Counted from the first letter of the stretch, positions 11,048 to 21,425 are shown. The stretch is 64,000 nucleotides of DNA from an uncultured Spirochaetota bacterium (GCA_963745235.1 CAVUXE010000058.1:32001-96000); one strand, 5' to 3'. Program-made: numbers and translations. Notes: generated by a model from the sequence alone, not told the origin.

Positions 11048-11680
11048 ATGCGGCAAATTCTGAGGGGGTTGGCGGCGGTATCCTTCTTCCTGCTGTTTGC
11101 GGCAGCGGGATCATACGCCGCGGGGGGACGCACGGTGACCTGTGTCGGCATCTACTCCGAAACAGACGCCGGCTATGTCAGTTACCGCGTCGGAACCGGG
11201 AATTGGATTGTCGTCAAGCTCGGAGACATCATCCCCGCAAACGCGGAGATTCGAGTCAACGTGGACAGGGACTGGATAGAGGTCACCCCGTCGGACAACC
11301 CGAATGCGGTGTACGAAATCCACGGCCCTGATACGGGTGAGCTCGTGAAGAAAGTATCTGATCTCCTGAAGGGCAAGCCGAAGATCGTCAGCTTCCCCAA
11401 GGGAAGCGCCTCCAATCCCGACCCGAAGTTCAAGAACAAGCTGGTTGTCGGACCGTACCTGGGCAGGCAGGTCTACGTGACCCCGGACGGGGATGAGAAC
11501 GACATCAGGTACGGCGATGTCCTGGACAGAAAAGGGAAGGTACGAATCATCGCGATCAACAACACGATTGCCCTCATGAATGCCAGCCGCAAAGTCACCA
11601 CCGTCATCGGTCCGCTCAACTTCGACCTGGAGAAAGTGCTTACGAACCAGAAGCTCTACAAGTACTTGAACGCCCCCTGA
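11048..11680 (+). CDS. Hypothetical secreted protein
   Basis: Signal peptide MRQILRGLAAVSFFLLFAAAGSYA, natural codon usage, located inside the sugar-uptake cluster. Confidence 0.75.
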   Translation: MRQILRGLAAVSFFLLFAAAGSYAAGGRTVTCVGIYSETDAGYVSYRVGTGNWIVVKLGDIIPANAEIRVNVDRDWIEVTPSDNPNAVYEIHGPDTGELVKKVSDLLKGKPKIVSFPKGSASNPDPKFKNKLVVGPYLGRQVYVTPDGDENDIRYGDVLDRKGKVRIIAINNTIALMNASRKVTTVIGPLNFDLEKVLTNQKLYKYLNAP

Positions 11681-11842
11681 GAGGAGGGCTGAAAGAGGGG
11701 AGGGCAGGAGAAAGAAGAGAAACTCACCTGAACATCCGTCATGAATGACGGAGAGGCGTCTGCAGGCTTTTCCTTGCCGGCCGAGGCCGGCGTGGAAGAG
11801 GAAAATCAGATCAGAGAGACACTTTTCTAAGGAGGAGCTTTC

Positions 11843-12817
11843 ATGAGGAACTGGAGAAAGGTCCTGGTGCTGGCGGCGGTGGCAATGATGGTTCTTTCGG
11901 TTGCCGCCTTCGCAGCTCCCAAGACGTGGGTTGTTGGTTTTTCGCAGATCGGATCAGAGAGTGAGTGGCGGACCGCTGATACGAGGTCTGTCCAGGATGC
12001 AATCAGCGGCGACCCGACGCTCGTGATGGTCTATTCGGACGCGCAGCAGAAGCAGGAGAACCAGATCAGGGCCCTGCGGTCATTCATTGCGCGCAAAGTC
12101 GACGTCATCCTCTTTACCGCCCTTGTTGAGACCGGGTATGGCCCCGTGCTCCAGGAAGCCCAGCGGGCCCACATTCCCGTCATCATGATCGACCGGGACG
12201 TCGCGAAAGATGACCAGAAGTACCGCCTGACGATCATGGGCTCTGATTTCATCAAGGAAGGCGAGAAGGTAGGACACTGGCTCGAGACGTACCTGAAGGA
12301 CAAGGGCATCGATGACGGGTCCACGCCCGTCGACTTCGCCGAGCTCCAGGGAACGACAGGCTCAGCTCCCGCCGTCGACAGAGCTACCGGTTTCCGCAAC
12401 ATTCAGAAACTTCATGCCAACTGGGTAATCAAGCACTCGCAGGATGGCGACTTCACCTCTTCCCAGGGGAAGCAGGTCATGGAAGCCTTCCTGAAGGATG
12501 ACCCGAAGATCCAGGTGCTCTTTGCGCACAACGATCAGATGGCGCTCGGTGCCATCCAGGCAATCAAGGAAGCCGGACTCCAGCCGGGCAAGGATATCGT
12601 CATCATTTCGATAGATGGCGTGAAGGGCATTTTCCAGGCAATCGTCAACGGTGAGGCGAACGCCACCGTGGAATGCAACCCGCTGCTCGGACCGCAGGCC
12701 GTCCAGGCCATCCACGATCTGAGAGCAGGCAAGAAGCTCCCGGGGCGCATCTGGACCATCGAAAGCCAGTTCGATGCCTCCAATGCAGCGGCCGCCCTTC
12801 CGGATCGCCAGTACTAA
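11843..12817 (+). CDS. ytfQ: Sugar ABC transporter substrate-binding protein (YtfQ/galactofuranose-like)
   Basis: AAGGAGG RBS. VGFSQIGSESEWR, DAQQKQENQI and VECNPLLGP. Confidence 0.85.
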   Translation: MRNWRKVLVLAAVAMMVLSVAAFAAPKTWVVGFSQIGSESEWRTADTRSVQDAISGDPTLVMVYSDAQQKQENQIRALRSFIARKVDVILFTALVETGYGPVLQEAQRAHIPVIMIDRDVAKDDQKYRLTIMGSDFIKEGEKVGHWLETYLKDKGIDDGSTPVDFAELQGTTGSAPAVDRATGFRNIQKLHANWVIKHSQDGDFTSSQGKQVMEAFLKDDPKIQVLFAHNDQMALGAIQAIKEAGLQPGKDIVIISIDGVKGIFQAIVNGEANATVECNPLLGPQAVQAIHDLRAGKKLPGRIWTIESQFDASNAAAALPDRQY

Positions 12818-12862
12818 GTCTTCCCCGAATCGGCATCTGATTGATACAATAGAGAATGATGA

Positions 12863-12884
12863 GGGACCACCAGGGGGTGGTCCC
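12863..12884 (+). terminator. Intergenic stem-loop after the binding-protein gene (attenuator or mRNA stabiliser)
   Basis: GGGACCACC-loop-GGTGGTCCC, followed by GCCTTT. Confidence 0.55.
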
Positions 12885-12925
12885 GCCTTTCAAAGGGATT
12901 TCACGCGGCCAGAGGAGACGCTGGA

Positions 12926-14452
12926 ATGACAGAAGAGACGCCCGTCCTCTCCATGAAAAGGATCACGAAATCATTTCCAGGCGTGAAGGCCCTTTCCGGC
13001 GTTGACTTCCGCCTTTTCAAGGGAGAGGTCCACGCAATCATGGGCCAGAATGGCGCCGGAAAGTCCACGCTGATCAAGGTTCTCACCGGAGTGCATGAGC
13101 AGGATTCCGGGGAGATCGTGCTGGAAGGCAAACGCATACGCCCGGATTCTCCTCTTGCAGCGCAGAAGCTCGGAATCAACTCGGTATACCAGGAGATCAA
13201 CCTCTGCCCGAATCTCTCGGTTGCGGAGAATATCTTCGCCGGCAGGCAACCCGTGCGGTTCGCACGGATCGACTGGAGGACAATGGCTCGGAGGTCGGAA
13301 GAGATCCTGAAGCGGTTGAACATCGTCATCGATGTCACACAGACCCTCTCATCGTATTCTATTGCGATTCAGCAGATGGTGGCCATTGCCCGCGTGCTGG
13401 ATACTTCCTCCAGAATACTCATCCTTGACGAGCCGACCTCCAGCCTGGATGAAACTGAAGTGGAGCAGCTCTTCAAGGTCATCCGGTCCCTGCGGGACGA
13501 GGGAATGGCAATCATCTTCATCACCCATTTCCTTGACCAGACCTTCGAGATTTCGGACCGGATCACGGTGCTGAAGAACGGCGAGTTCGTTGGCGAGTTC
13601 AAGACGGGAGAGATTTCGAAATTGGACCTGATTGCCAGGATGCTTGGCAAGGAGCTCTCAGAGTTCAGCTACGCTGCGGACAAGGAGCATGCGAAGAAGA
13701 GTTTCGACGGTGCGGAGGAGGGCGCAAAAAGCCTGCTCAAAGTGAAGAACCTGGGGCTGCGGGGATCAATTGCCCCCTTTGATCTTGTTCTGAACGAAGG
13801 TGAGGTCCTCGGATTGGCCGGGCTCCTGGGTTCCGGCAGGACGGAGATGGCGCGCCTCATCTTCGGCATCGACAGCGCCAACCAGGGCGAAATCCAGGTC
13901 AAAGGAAGGAAGACGGCCATCAATTCCCCCCGAAGCGCAATGATGGCCGGCATGGGGTTCTGCTCCGAAGACCGGAAAAGCGAGGGCGTGTTCACGGACC
14001 TCACCGTTCGGGAAAACATCATCCTGGCCCTGCAGGCCAGGAACGGCGTGTTCAAATACATCACGCCGCGAAAGCAGCTGGAGATCGCGGATGAAATGAT
14101 AAAGTCTCTGGCCATCATGACTCCGAGCGCGAACAGCCGGACCGGACAGCTCAGCGGCGGCAACCAGCAGAAGGTGATGCTCGCCCGATGGCTTGCCACC
14201 CATCCCGTCGTCCTGATCCTTGACGAGCCCACGAGGGGCATCGACGTCGGAGCCAAGCTGGAGATCATGGAGCTGATCCTGAAACTGAGCATGCAGGGGA
14301 TGGGCGTCATCTTCATTTCCTCCGAGCTGGAGGAAGTGGTGCGCTTGAGCAGCAAGATCGCCGTGCTGAAAGACAAGGCAAAGATAGCCGAGTTGAACGG
14401 GGATGAGATGAACGAGAGCAACATCATGCGGACCATCGCGGGGGGGAATTGA
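12926..14452 (+). CDS. ytfR: Sugar ABC transporter ATP-binding protein (YtfR-like)
   Basis: GQNGAGKST, two LILDEPT motifs and LSGGNQQK. Confidence 0.9.
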   Translation: MTEETPVLSMKRITKSFPGVKALSGVDFRLFKGEVHAIMGQNGAGKSTLIKVLTGVHEQDSGEIVLEGKRIRPDSPLAAQKLGINSVYQEINLCPNLSVAENIFAGRQPVRFARIDWRTMARRSEEILKRLNIVIDVTQTLSSYSIAIQQMVAIARVLDTSSRILILDEPTSSLDETEVEQLFKVIRSLRDEGMAIIFITHFLDQTFEISDRITVLKNGEFVGEFKTGEISKLDLIARMLGKELSEFSYAADKEHAKKSFDGAEEGAKSLLKVKNLGLRGSIAPFDLVLNEGEVLGLAGLLGSGRTEMARLIFGIDSANQGEIQVKGRKTAINSPRSAMMAGMGFCSEDRKSEGVFTDLTVRENIILALQARNGVFKYITPRKQLEIADEMIKSLAIMTPSANSRTGQLSGGNQQKVMLARWLATHPVVLILDEPTRGIDVGAKLEIMELILKLSMQGMGVIFISSELEEVVRLSSKIAVLKDKAKIAELNGDEMNESNIMRTIAGGN

Positions 14453-14453
14453 C

Positions 14454-15476
14454 ATGTCCTGGTGGAAGTCCTTGAGCCGCAGCAACATCGCGTGGGCCCT
14501 CATTGCCCTCGCGGCTCTCCTGCTTTTCAACGTGGTCTTCACGCCGAACTTCATGCACGTTGAGATCCGTGAAGGACACCTGTACGGCCACCTGATCGAT
14601 ATCCTGAAAAATGGCGCACCCATCATGCTGCTGGCCATCGGCATGACGCTCGTGATTGCCACGCACGGAATCGACATCTCGGTGGGCTCCGTGGTGGCCG
14701 TTGCCGCCGGAGCGGTGGCCATTCTCATTGGCGGAGACCTGGCAGGCCATCCGAAGTACCCCATCATCGTGGCCATGCTCGCGGCACTGCTGGTATGCGG
14801 CGCTGCGGGAATGTGGAACGGGATGCTGGTCTCCCGGATCGGCATGCAGCCCATCATTGCCACCCTGATCCTTTTCGTGGCCGGCCGCGGGATCGCCATG
14901 CTCTTCACGAACTCCATGCAGATCTGGCTGTACGCAAAACCATTCGCCATCCTGGGACAGGGCTACGTCCTGGGTCTCCCGTTCGACGTGTACATCGTCG
15001 CATTCGTCCTGCTCATGACGCATATCTTTACCCGGCGGACCGCCGCGGGGATGTTCATCGAGGCGGTGGGAATCAACCCCACGGCGGCCCGGTTCTCCGG
15101 AATCAACTCCCGGAACATCGTCTTCTGGGTGTACACGTTCAGCGGGCTGTGCGCGGGAATTGCGGGGCTTGTCGTGTGCTCCACCGTCATGAACGCTGAC
15201 GGCAACAACGCAGGAAGACTGTTCGAGTTGGATGCCATCCTGGCCGTCGTGCTCGGCGGAACCTCGCTGAACGGCGGAAGGTTCTATCTCATGGGCAGCA
15301 TCATAGGCGCCCTCATCATCCAGACCCTCACCACCACCATCTACGCGTTCGGCGTCCCTTCTGACGTTGCCCCCGTCGTCAAGGCACTGGTCGTGTGGAC
15401 CTTCTGCCTGCTGCAGTCTCCGAAGTTCAGGCTCAAGGTATCGCAGGTCTTCGTCCACAGGGAGCAGACGACATGA
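14454..15476 (+). CDS. ytfT: Sugar ABC transporter permease (YtfT-like)
   Basis: GMTLVIATHGIDISVGS, ELDAILAVVLGGT and multiple TM helices. Confidence 0.88.
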   Translation: MSWWKSLSRSNIAWALIALAALLLFNVVFTPNFMHVEIREGHLYGHLIDILKNGAPIMLLAIGMTLVIATHGIDISVGSVVAVAAGAVAILIGGDLAGHPKYPIIVAMLAALLVCGAAGMWNGMLVSRIGMQPIIATLILFVAGRGIAMLFTNSMQIWLYAKPFAILGQGYVLGLPFDVYIVAFVLLMTHIFTRRTAAGMFIEAVGINPTAARFSGINSRNIVFWVYTFSGLCAGIAGLVVCSTVMNADGNNAGRLFELDAILAVVLGGTSLNGGRFYLMGSIIGALIIQTLTTTIYAFGVPSDVAPVVKALVVWTFCLLQSPKFRLKVSQVFVHREQTT

Positions 15477-16474
15477 AAAGGAAATCCCTGGCCAGCTTCC
15501 GCAACCTTCCCGTTTTCGTCACCCTGGGATTGTTCATCATCATGTTCAGCGTCGGATCCATTTCGTTCCCCGGGTTTTTCGCGCTGCAGAACTTTCTCAA
15601 CCTGTTCATTGACAACTCATTCCTGCTGATCCTCGCGGTGGGCATGACTTTTGTCATCATATCCGGAGGCATCGACCTGTCCGTCGGATCGGTGCTCGCC
15701 CTGGCCGGGATGGTCACCTCCAGCCTCCTGGAAAAGTCCCACATGAGCCCCGTCGTCGTGATTCCGATCGTCCTCGCCATCGGGACGACGCTCGGCCTGT
15801 TCATGGGATACCTGATCCAGACCTTCGACCTGCCGCCTTTCATCGTGACTCTTGCCGGGCTGTACCTCGCTCGCGGCCTGTGCTATATCGTCAGCCTCTT
15901 CACGATCGCGGTCACGAACCCGTTCTTCGTGAGCACGGCGCATGCGCAGATCAACATCGTCGGCACCAATTTCCTCTCGCCGGGCGCGCTGGTCGCGATT
16001 GTCGTCGTCCTTGTCGGGTTCTTCATCTCCCGCTATACGAAGTTCGGCCGAACCGTCTTCGCCATCGGCGGCAGCGAGCAGTCCGCGATCCTGATGGGGC
16101 TTCCCGTGGCGCGGACCAAGATCGCCATCTACGCCTTGAGCGGCTTCTGTTCGGCGCTGGGCGGCATCGTGTTCACGCTGTACACGCTTTCCGGCTACGG
16201 GTTGAACGGAAGCGGGATGGAGCTGGACACCATCGCAACGGTGGTCATTGGCGGCACCCTTCTGACGGGCGGCGTCGGGAACATTTTTGGAACGGTCCTC
16301 GGCGTGCTCGTCTACGGGATCATCCAGGTGCTGATCGTTTTCCAGGGCACGCTCAATTCGTGGTGGACCCGCATCGTCATAGGCTTTCTCGTCTTCGTAT
16401 TCTGCCTGATGCAGAGGCTGTTCGAAAACAGGAAAGGCGCCCAGGTCCTCAGAAGCGTCGGCGCGAGAGGTTGA
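15473..16474 (+). CDS. yjfF: Sugar ABC transporter permease (YjfF-like)
   Basis: ATG overlaps the previous stop. GMTFVIISGGIDLSVGS and GTLNSWWTRI. Confidence 0.88.
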   Translation: MKRKSLASFRNLPVFVTLGLFIIMFSVGSISFPGFFALQNFLNLFIDNSFLLILAVGMTFVIISGGIDLSVGSVLALAGMVTSSLLEKSHMSPVVVIPIVLAIGTTLGLFMGYLIQTFDLPPFIVTLAGLYLARGLCYIVSLFTIAVTNPFFVSTAHAQINIVGTNFLSPGALVAIVVVLVGFFISRYTKFGRTVFAIGGSEQSAILMGLPVARTKIAIYALSGFCSALGGIVFTLYTLSGYGLNGSGMELDTIATVVIGGTLLTGGVGNIFGTVLGVLVYGIIQVLIVFQGTLNSWWTRIVIGFLVFVFCLMQRLFENRKGAQVLRSVGARG

Positions 16475-16486
16475 AACCGAGGCCGG

Positions 16487-19165
16487 CTACCGCCGCGCCT
16501 CTCCGCCGTCCGGCCTGCCGGCCAGCCCCCGAAGGACCGCGGGCAGAATGCCGCCGTTCCTGTAATACAGGAGCTCGATGTCGGTGTCGATCCGCGCCGT
16601 CACCGTGAACCTGGTGGTCCCTCCGCGAACACTTTCTGCGCTGACTTCCAGGGCATCCCCTGGTCGAGACGGTGCTCCAATCGCGTACAGCTCTTCGCCC
16701 GTAAGCCCAAGGCTTGCCGCGCCCTGTCCCTCGGCAAATTGAAGCGGGAGGACCCCCATTCCCACGAGGTTGGACCTGTGAATGCGCTCGAAGCTCTGGG
16801 CGATCACCGCGCGCACTCCCAGGAGACGGGTTCCCTTTGCCGCCCAGTCCCGTGAGCTTCCGGTGCCATACTCCTTTCCCGCGATGATGATGAGGGACAC
16901 CCCTTCTGACCGGTATCTCTGCGCCGCGTCGAAAATCGGCATCCTGTCCCCTGACGGGAGATGGCGTGTGATCCCGCCCTCAGCGCCGGGAACGAGCCCG
17001 TTGCGAAGCCGGATGTTCCCGAAGGTCCCTCGGATCATCACCTCGTGGTTCCCCCGACGGGAACCGAAGGTGTTGAACTCTTTCGCATCGACGGCGCGAT
17101 CTTTCAGCCACCGCGCGGCCGGGCTGTCCTCAGGGATCTCCCCCGCCGGGGAGATGTGGTCCGTGGTCACGGAGTCTCCCAGCAGCGCAAGCACCCGGGC
17201 CTCGCTGACGGCAGCCACCTCCTGCGCATCCGGGGTCAGCCCGTCGAAGAAGGGGGGTTTCCGGATGTAGGTGGATGTTTCCATCCACCTGTACCGGCTG
17301 CCTCCCGGCACCTCGATGGTGTTCCAGCTCTCGCTGCCCGTGAAGACCGACGCATATGCCTTGTGAAAGACCTCGGGGCCAAGCGCGGAGCGGATCATCC
17401 CTTCGATCTCCGCCTGCCTCGGCCAGAGATCCCGCAGGTAGACCGGCTCCCCGTCATGGTCAACACCGACGGGGTCCGTGGCCAGGTCTATGTCCATCGT
17501 TCCCGCCAGGGCATAGGCGACCACGAGCGGAGGGGACGCGAGGTAGCTCGCCTTGACCGACGGGTGGATCCTTCCATCGAAATTGCGGTTGCCCGAAAGC
17601 ACCGCGGCCACCGTCAGGTCGTTTTCCCTGATGGCCCTGTTCACGGCTTCGGGGAGCGGGCCCGAGTTGCCGATGCACGTGGTGCACCCGTACCCGACGA
17701 GATGGAATCCGAGGGCTTCCAGGTACGGGGTGAGCCCGGCGCGGTCGAGGTACATCGAGACAGCGCGCGAGCCAGGGGCAAGGCTCGTCTTGACGTGGGG
17801 AGGCACGCGCAAGCCCAGCTGCACGGCATTTCGCGCAAGGAGCCCTGCGCCGATCATCACGGCCGGGTTCGACGTGTTCGTACAGCTGGTGATTGCGGCG
17901 ATGACCACCGAGCCGCTGCGAATGGTCTCCCGAGCTCCCATGATCTCGATCTCCGCCTCGCGCCCGGCGGTCTCCTCGCGTCCCGCCGGCTTCCAGGAGC
18001 CCCGGGTCTTCGACAGCGGGATGCGGTCCTGCGGCCTGCGCGGGCCGGCCACGCAGGGCTCAACGCCGCCAAGGTCCAGCTCCAGCACCTCGGAGTACTC
18101 CGTTTCTCCTCCCTGGTCGGAACGGAACAGCCCCTGCTCCTTGCAATACCTCTCCACCAGGTCGACCAGCTCCTGCGTCCGTCCCGTGTCCCTCAGGTAC
18201 GCCAGCGTCTTTTCGTCCACCGGGAAAAATCCGCCGGTCGCCCCGTATTCGGGGGACATGTTTGCGATTGTCGCCCTGTCCGCCACGCTCAGAAGCGACA
18301 ACCCGGGACCGAAGAACTCCACGATCTTCTCCACCACCCCGTGTGCTCGGAGCATCTGCGTGACGGTGAGCACGAGGTCGGTTGCCGTCACGCCCTCCCG
18401 CAGCGCGCCCCGCAGGCGCATCCCCACCACCTGCGGCACGAGCATGTACAGGGGCTGTCCCAGCAGAGCTGCCTCCGCTTCGATCCCCCCGACTCCCCAT
18501 CCCAGGACGCCGATCCCGCAGATCATGGTCGTGTGGGAATCCGTACCCACCACCGTGTCGGGGAATGCGACGCCGTCCCTGACGTCAACGACGCGCGCCA
18601 GGAGCTCGAGGTTCACCTGGTGAACAATGCCGGTCGCGGGAGGAACCACCCGAAGGCCGCTGAAAGCCCCGGCTCCCCAGCGAAGGAACTGGTAGCGCTC
18701 CCTGTTCCTTTCGTACTCGCGCGCGCTGTTTGCTTCGAAAGCAATCCTCGACGCAAAGCGATCCACCTGGACGGAATGATCGATGACGAGGTCCACCGGG
18801 ATGAGCGGGTTGATGCGGGCGGGGTCTCCGCCCAGGTCCGCCATGGCGTCCCGCATTGCGGCGAGGTCCGCGACGGCCGGCACACCGGTGAAGTCCTGCA
18901 TGATGACGCGAGCCGGCATGAAGGGGATCTCGCGCTGTCGGGGTGAGCGTCGGGCGGCCAGGACGGAGGAGACGTCCTCCTCACGCACCACGAAACCGTC
19001 AACGTGGCGGAGCACGGACTCCAGCAGGACCTTCGTCGCAAAGGGGAGCCTGGATACGCTGCCCAGTCCCTTCTTTTCCAGCTTCTCCAGGCTGTAGTAG
19101 TGCAATCGTGTGCGGCCGGACAGCGCGGTCCGTGTGCCCAGGGGATCACGCGGGTTTTTCATCAT
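16487..19165 (-). CDS. acnA: Aconitate hydratase AcnA
   Basis: QDFTGVPA, DLVIDHSVQ, GIVHQVNLE, DSHT, AITSCTNTSNP, GYGCTTCIGNSG and GSSRDWAAKG. Confidence 0.97.
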   Translation of the reverse strand: MMKNPRDPLGTRTALSGRTRLHYYSLEKLEKKGLGSVSRLPFATKVLLESVLRHVDGFVVREEDVSSVLAARRSPRQREIPFMPARVIMQDFTGVPAVADLAAMRDAMADLGGDPARINPLIPVDLVIDHSVQVDRFASRIAFEANSAREYERNRERYQFLRWGAGAFSGLRVVPPATGIVHQVNLELLARVVDVRDGVAFPDTVVGTDSHTTMICGIGVLGWGVGGIEAEAALLGQPLYMLVPQVVGMRLRGALREGVTATDLVLTVTQMLRAHGVVEKIVEFFGPGLSLLSVADRATIANMSPEYGATGGFFPVDEKTLAYLRDTGRTQELVDLVERYCKEQGLFRSDQGGETEYSEVLELDLGGVEPCVAGPRRPQDRIPLSKTRGSWKPAGREETAGREAEIEIMGARETIRSGSVVIAAITSCTNTSNPAVMIGAGLLARNAVQLGLRVPPHVKTSLAPGSRAVSMYLDRAGLTPYLEALGFHLVGYGCTTCIGNSGPLPEAVNRAIRENDLTVAAVLSGNRNFDGRIHPSVKASYLASPPLVVAYALAGTMDIDLATDPVGVDHDGEPVYLRDLWPRQAEIEGMIRSALGPEVFHKAYASVFTGSESWNTIEVPGGSRYRWMETSTYIRKPPFFDGLTPDAQEVAAVSEARVLALLGDSVTTDHISPAGEIPEDSPAARWLKDRAVDAKEFNTFGSRRGNHEVMIRGTFGNIRLRNGLVPGAEGGITRHLPSGDRMPIFDAAQRYRSEGVSLIIIAGKEYGTGSSRDWAAKGTRLLGVRAVIAQSFERIHRSNLVGMGVLPLQFAEGQGAASLGLTGEELYAIGAPSRPGDALEVSAESVRGGTTRFTVTARIDTDIELLYYRNGGILPAVLRGLAGRPDGGEARR

Positions 19166-19260
19166 CGTTTCCTGTCCCCTTATACACCATGGGAAGGAAG
19201 CTGTGCTATTGTCATCTCCCCCGGTTTGCTCTATCATTGATGCGAGAGAGTTGGAAAGAG

Positions 19261-19875
19261 ATGCTGGTTCCTGCCGAGGTCTGGACAGTGGCGAAAGCCG
19301 AGCAGGGCAACGCGGTGCTTGTCAGACCCCTCGGTCTGGACGTCGCAGTGCCCATTTTCATAGCGCCCCTGGAGGCGCAGTCCATTCTCATCGGGCTCGG
19401 GAGCGTGAAGATGCCCCGGCCGCTCACGCATGATCTTTTCATCACGGTCCTCGAGAGCCTGGAGTCCTCCGTCAACCGCGTGGAGATTACGGCGCTCAAG
19501 GAAGGCACCTACTACGCGAAGCTGATCCTTGATTCCTCGGGGTCCGAGATCGCCGTGGATGCGCGTCCATCCGACTGCCTTGCCCTGGCGGTCCGCGTCA
19601 AGTGCCCCATCTACATCGATGAGGCCGTGGTGGACGAGGCCGGCATCTCCGTGAAGATGGTTGAAGAGAAGAACAGGGAGCTCAAGCAGGAACAGGGAGC
19701 CGGGGAAACGGCAACGGAAGAAAGCGAGACGCCCACGGTCACCGAGGTGGCACCCCTGGTGCAGGAAGACGAAATGTCGAGCCTCAGAAAGCTCCTTCAG
19801 GCGGCTATTGATGAGGAAAACTACGAGGAAGCGGCTCGCCTGAGAGACAAGATCAGGGAAATAGAAAGCGCCTGA
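19261..19875 (+). CDS. Bifunctional nuclease family protein (DUF151) with C-terminal UVR motif
   Basis: PIFIAPLEA, RPLTHDL, DARPSDCLALA and C-terminal AIDEENYEEAARLRD. Confidence 0.92.
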   Translation: MLVPAEVWTVAKAEQGNAVLVRPLGLDVAVPIFIAPLEAQSILIGLGSVKMPRPLTHDLFITVLESLESSVNRVEITALKEGTYYAKLILDSSGSEIAVDARPSDCLALAVRVKCPIYIDEAVVDEAGISVKMVEEKNRELKQEQGAGETATEESETPTVTEVAPLVQEDEMSSLRKLLQAAIDEENYEEAARLRDKIREIESA

Positions 19876-21412
19876 GTAGCCTGTCGGACTGAGTCGGCAG
19901 CCGAAGCGGCCACCGAGCGTCCACGGCGGGGCATTTTGCGCCCGGTCGGCCCCGTTGTCCGTCGCGAGGCTGTCGGCCTCCCGCGAAAGCCTGTTGGGTG
20001 ATCTTTCCGAGCCCACTTCCTTTCCCTTCAGGCAGTCGAGAGGCTCCAGAGCCGTCTCATGTTGTACGCCAGGCAGACCAGATCCCACTCGATGCGCACC
20101 TTGGCCATGCCGCGAAGCAGAAACTGCCGCAGCCCCATCGCGCTCTTGATGATGCCGAATACCGGCTCGACGCTGGAGGCTCGCCTGCCATAGATGCGCT
20201 TGCCCTCATCAGATGTCACCTTCTCGCGCATGGCGATCAGTCGAGGATCAACGACCTTCTTGGCAGGATGGTTCTTGGGCGGCCGGTAGTCGTAGCGGCG
20301 ATAGTTGTTGTCCTCACTGCTGATCGCCACGTACAGATCCACCTTCTGCTGAACGCGCTCAATTGCCTCGGCGTTCACATAGCCCCCGTCGGCCAGCATC
20401 CCCTGCACGGGTCCGACCGACTCCACCACGTTCTGCAAGGCCACCTCCAGCTGATTCGCGTCGCTGGGGGTGGCAATGACATCGGTGGCCAGGATCAACT
20501 GGCTGCCCTCGGCGTCCACAACCGCCTGCGCGTTGTAGGCCTGTTCGTAGCTGTCGCGGCGGCTCTTGCGCATCAGGGCGCTATCGGGATCGGTGAGGTT
20601 GATCTGCTGAGAGTCCTTCGGCTGCTTCACAGGACTCTCACCCCCCGACTTCGGTCCTTGCGGTTTGTCCTTGTCGTCTTGCTTCTCACCCTCGTCCTTC
20701 GCCCGCTTCTCCAGTTCCTCGCGAGCCCAGCGCATCTTTTCCAAAAGCGCTTCGCGTCGTGCTATCTCCGGGGGGAGCTTCTGTCCATCCTCAGCAGGCT
20801 CCGCATCTGCTTTTGCCGCGCGTTGCAACAACTCCTCTATGTCCTTGCGCAATTGCTCTTCCAGTTGCCCTGCCCGATCATAGCGCACACTCTTGTGCTT
20901 GGAGGCGTTCGCTTTGATGTGCGTCCCGTCCACGCTGACCATCCCCACCTTCACCAGACCCATTTGCCGCCCCAGGCGTAGAACCTCAACAAATGCTTCC
21001 TTGACGACCTTCCCGTTCTCTCGACGAAACTCGCAGATGGTGTCGTGATCCGGATGGGTGTCCCCGCTCAGGTAGCGAACCGCTACGTCACGATAGGTCG
21101 CCCGCTCGATTCTCCGCGAGGCGAAGACTCCGTTGCAGTAGCAATAGATCAGCAACGCCAGCATCATTCGGGGTGGATATTGCTTGCTGCCGCTGCCGCG
21201 GGTGTTCACCGACATGGTGGAGAGCCTCATCGAATCCACCGCGCCGATCACGAAGTGCACCAAATCGTTCTCGGGGACCCACTGACGAAGATCCACAGGA
21301 AGGAGCATCGGCGTGTCCCGATCCACGTTCACCAGCCGCTCTGCCATGCCTTCAATTTACCATGCCCCGCGGATTTCCGGAATACCCGACGACGAAAGTC
21401 CGACAGGCTACT
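19875..21412 (-). mobile_element. IS1182-family insertion sequence
   Basis: Perfect 16-bp terminal inverted repeat AGTAGCCTGTCGGACT (19875-19890) / AGTCCGACAGGCTACT (21397-21412) around a DDE transposase. No clean target duplication is visible. Confidence 0.9.
20028..21347 (-). CDS. IS1182-family transposase
   Basis: DUF772-type N-terminus (YPPRMML, SRRIE, PDHDTICEFR), VDGTHIKANASK, YNAQ, LADGGY and VEPVFGIIK. Confidence 0.93.
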   Translation of the reverse strand: MAERLVNVDRDTPMLLPVDLRQWVPENDLVHFVIGAVDSMRLSTMSVNTRGSGSKQYPPRMMLALLIYCYCNGVFASRRIERATYRDVAVRYLSGDTHPDHDTICEFRRENGKVVKEAFVEVLRLGRQMGLVKVGMVSVDGTHIKANASKHKSVRYDRAGQLEEQLRKDIEELLQRAAKADAEPAEDGQKLPPEIARREALLEKMRWAREELEKRAKDEGEKQDDKDKPQGPKSGGESPVKQPKDSQQINLTDPDSALMRKSRRDSYEQAYNAQAVVDAEGSQLILATDVIATPSDANQLEVALQNVVESVGPVQGMLADGGYVNAEAIERVQQKVDLYVAISSEDNNYRRYDYRPPKNHPAKKVVDPRLIAMREKVTSDEGKRIYGRRASSVEPVFGIIKSAMGLRQFLLRGMAKVRIEWDLVCLAYNMRRLWSLSTA

Positions 21413-21425
21413 ACTATGATGCGCG

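Noticed and set aside
16961-18946. 661-aa ORF antisense to acnA
   Set aside because: Shadow ORF with no recognisable domain.
19998-20981. 327-aa ORF antisense to the IS1182 transposase
   Set aside because: No RBS or motifs. Treated as a shadow frame, not a passenger gene.
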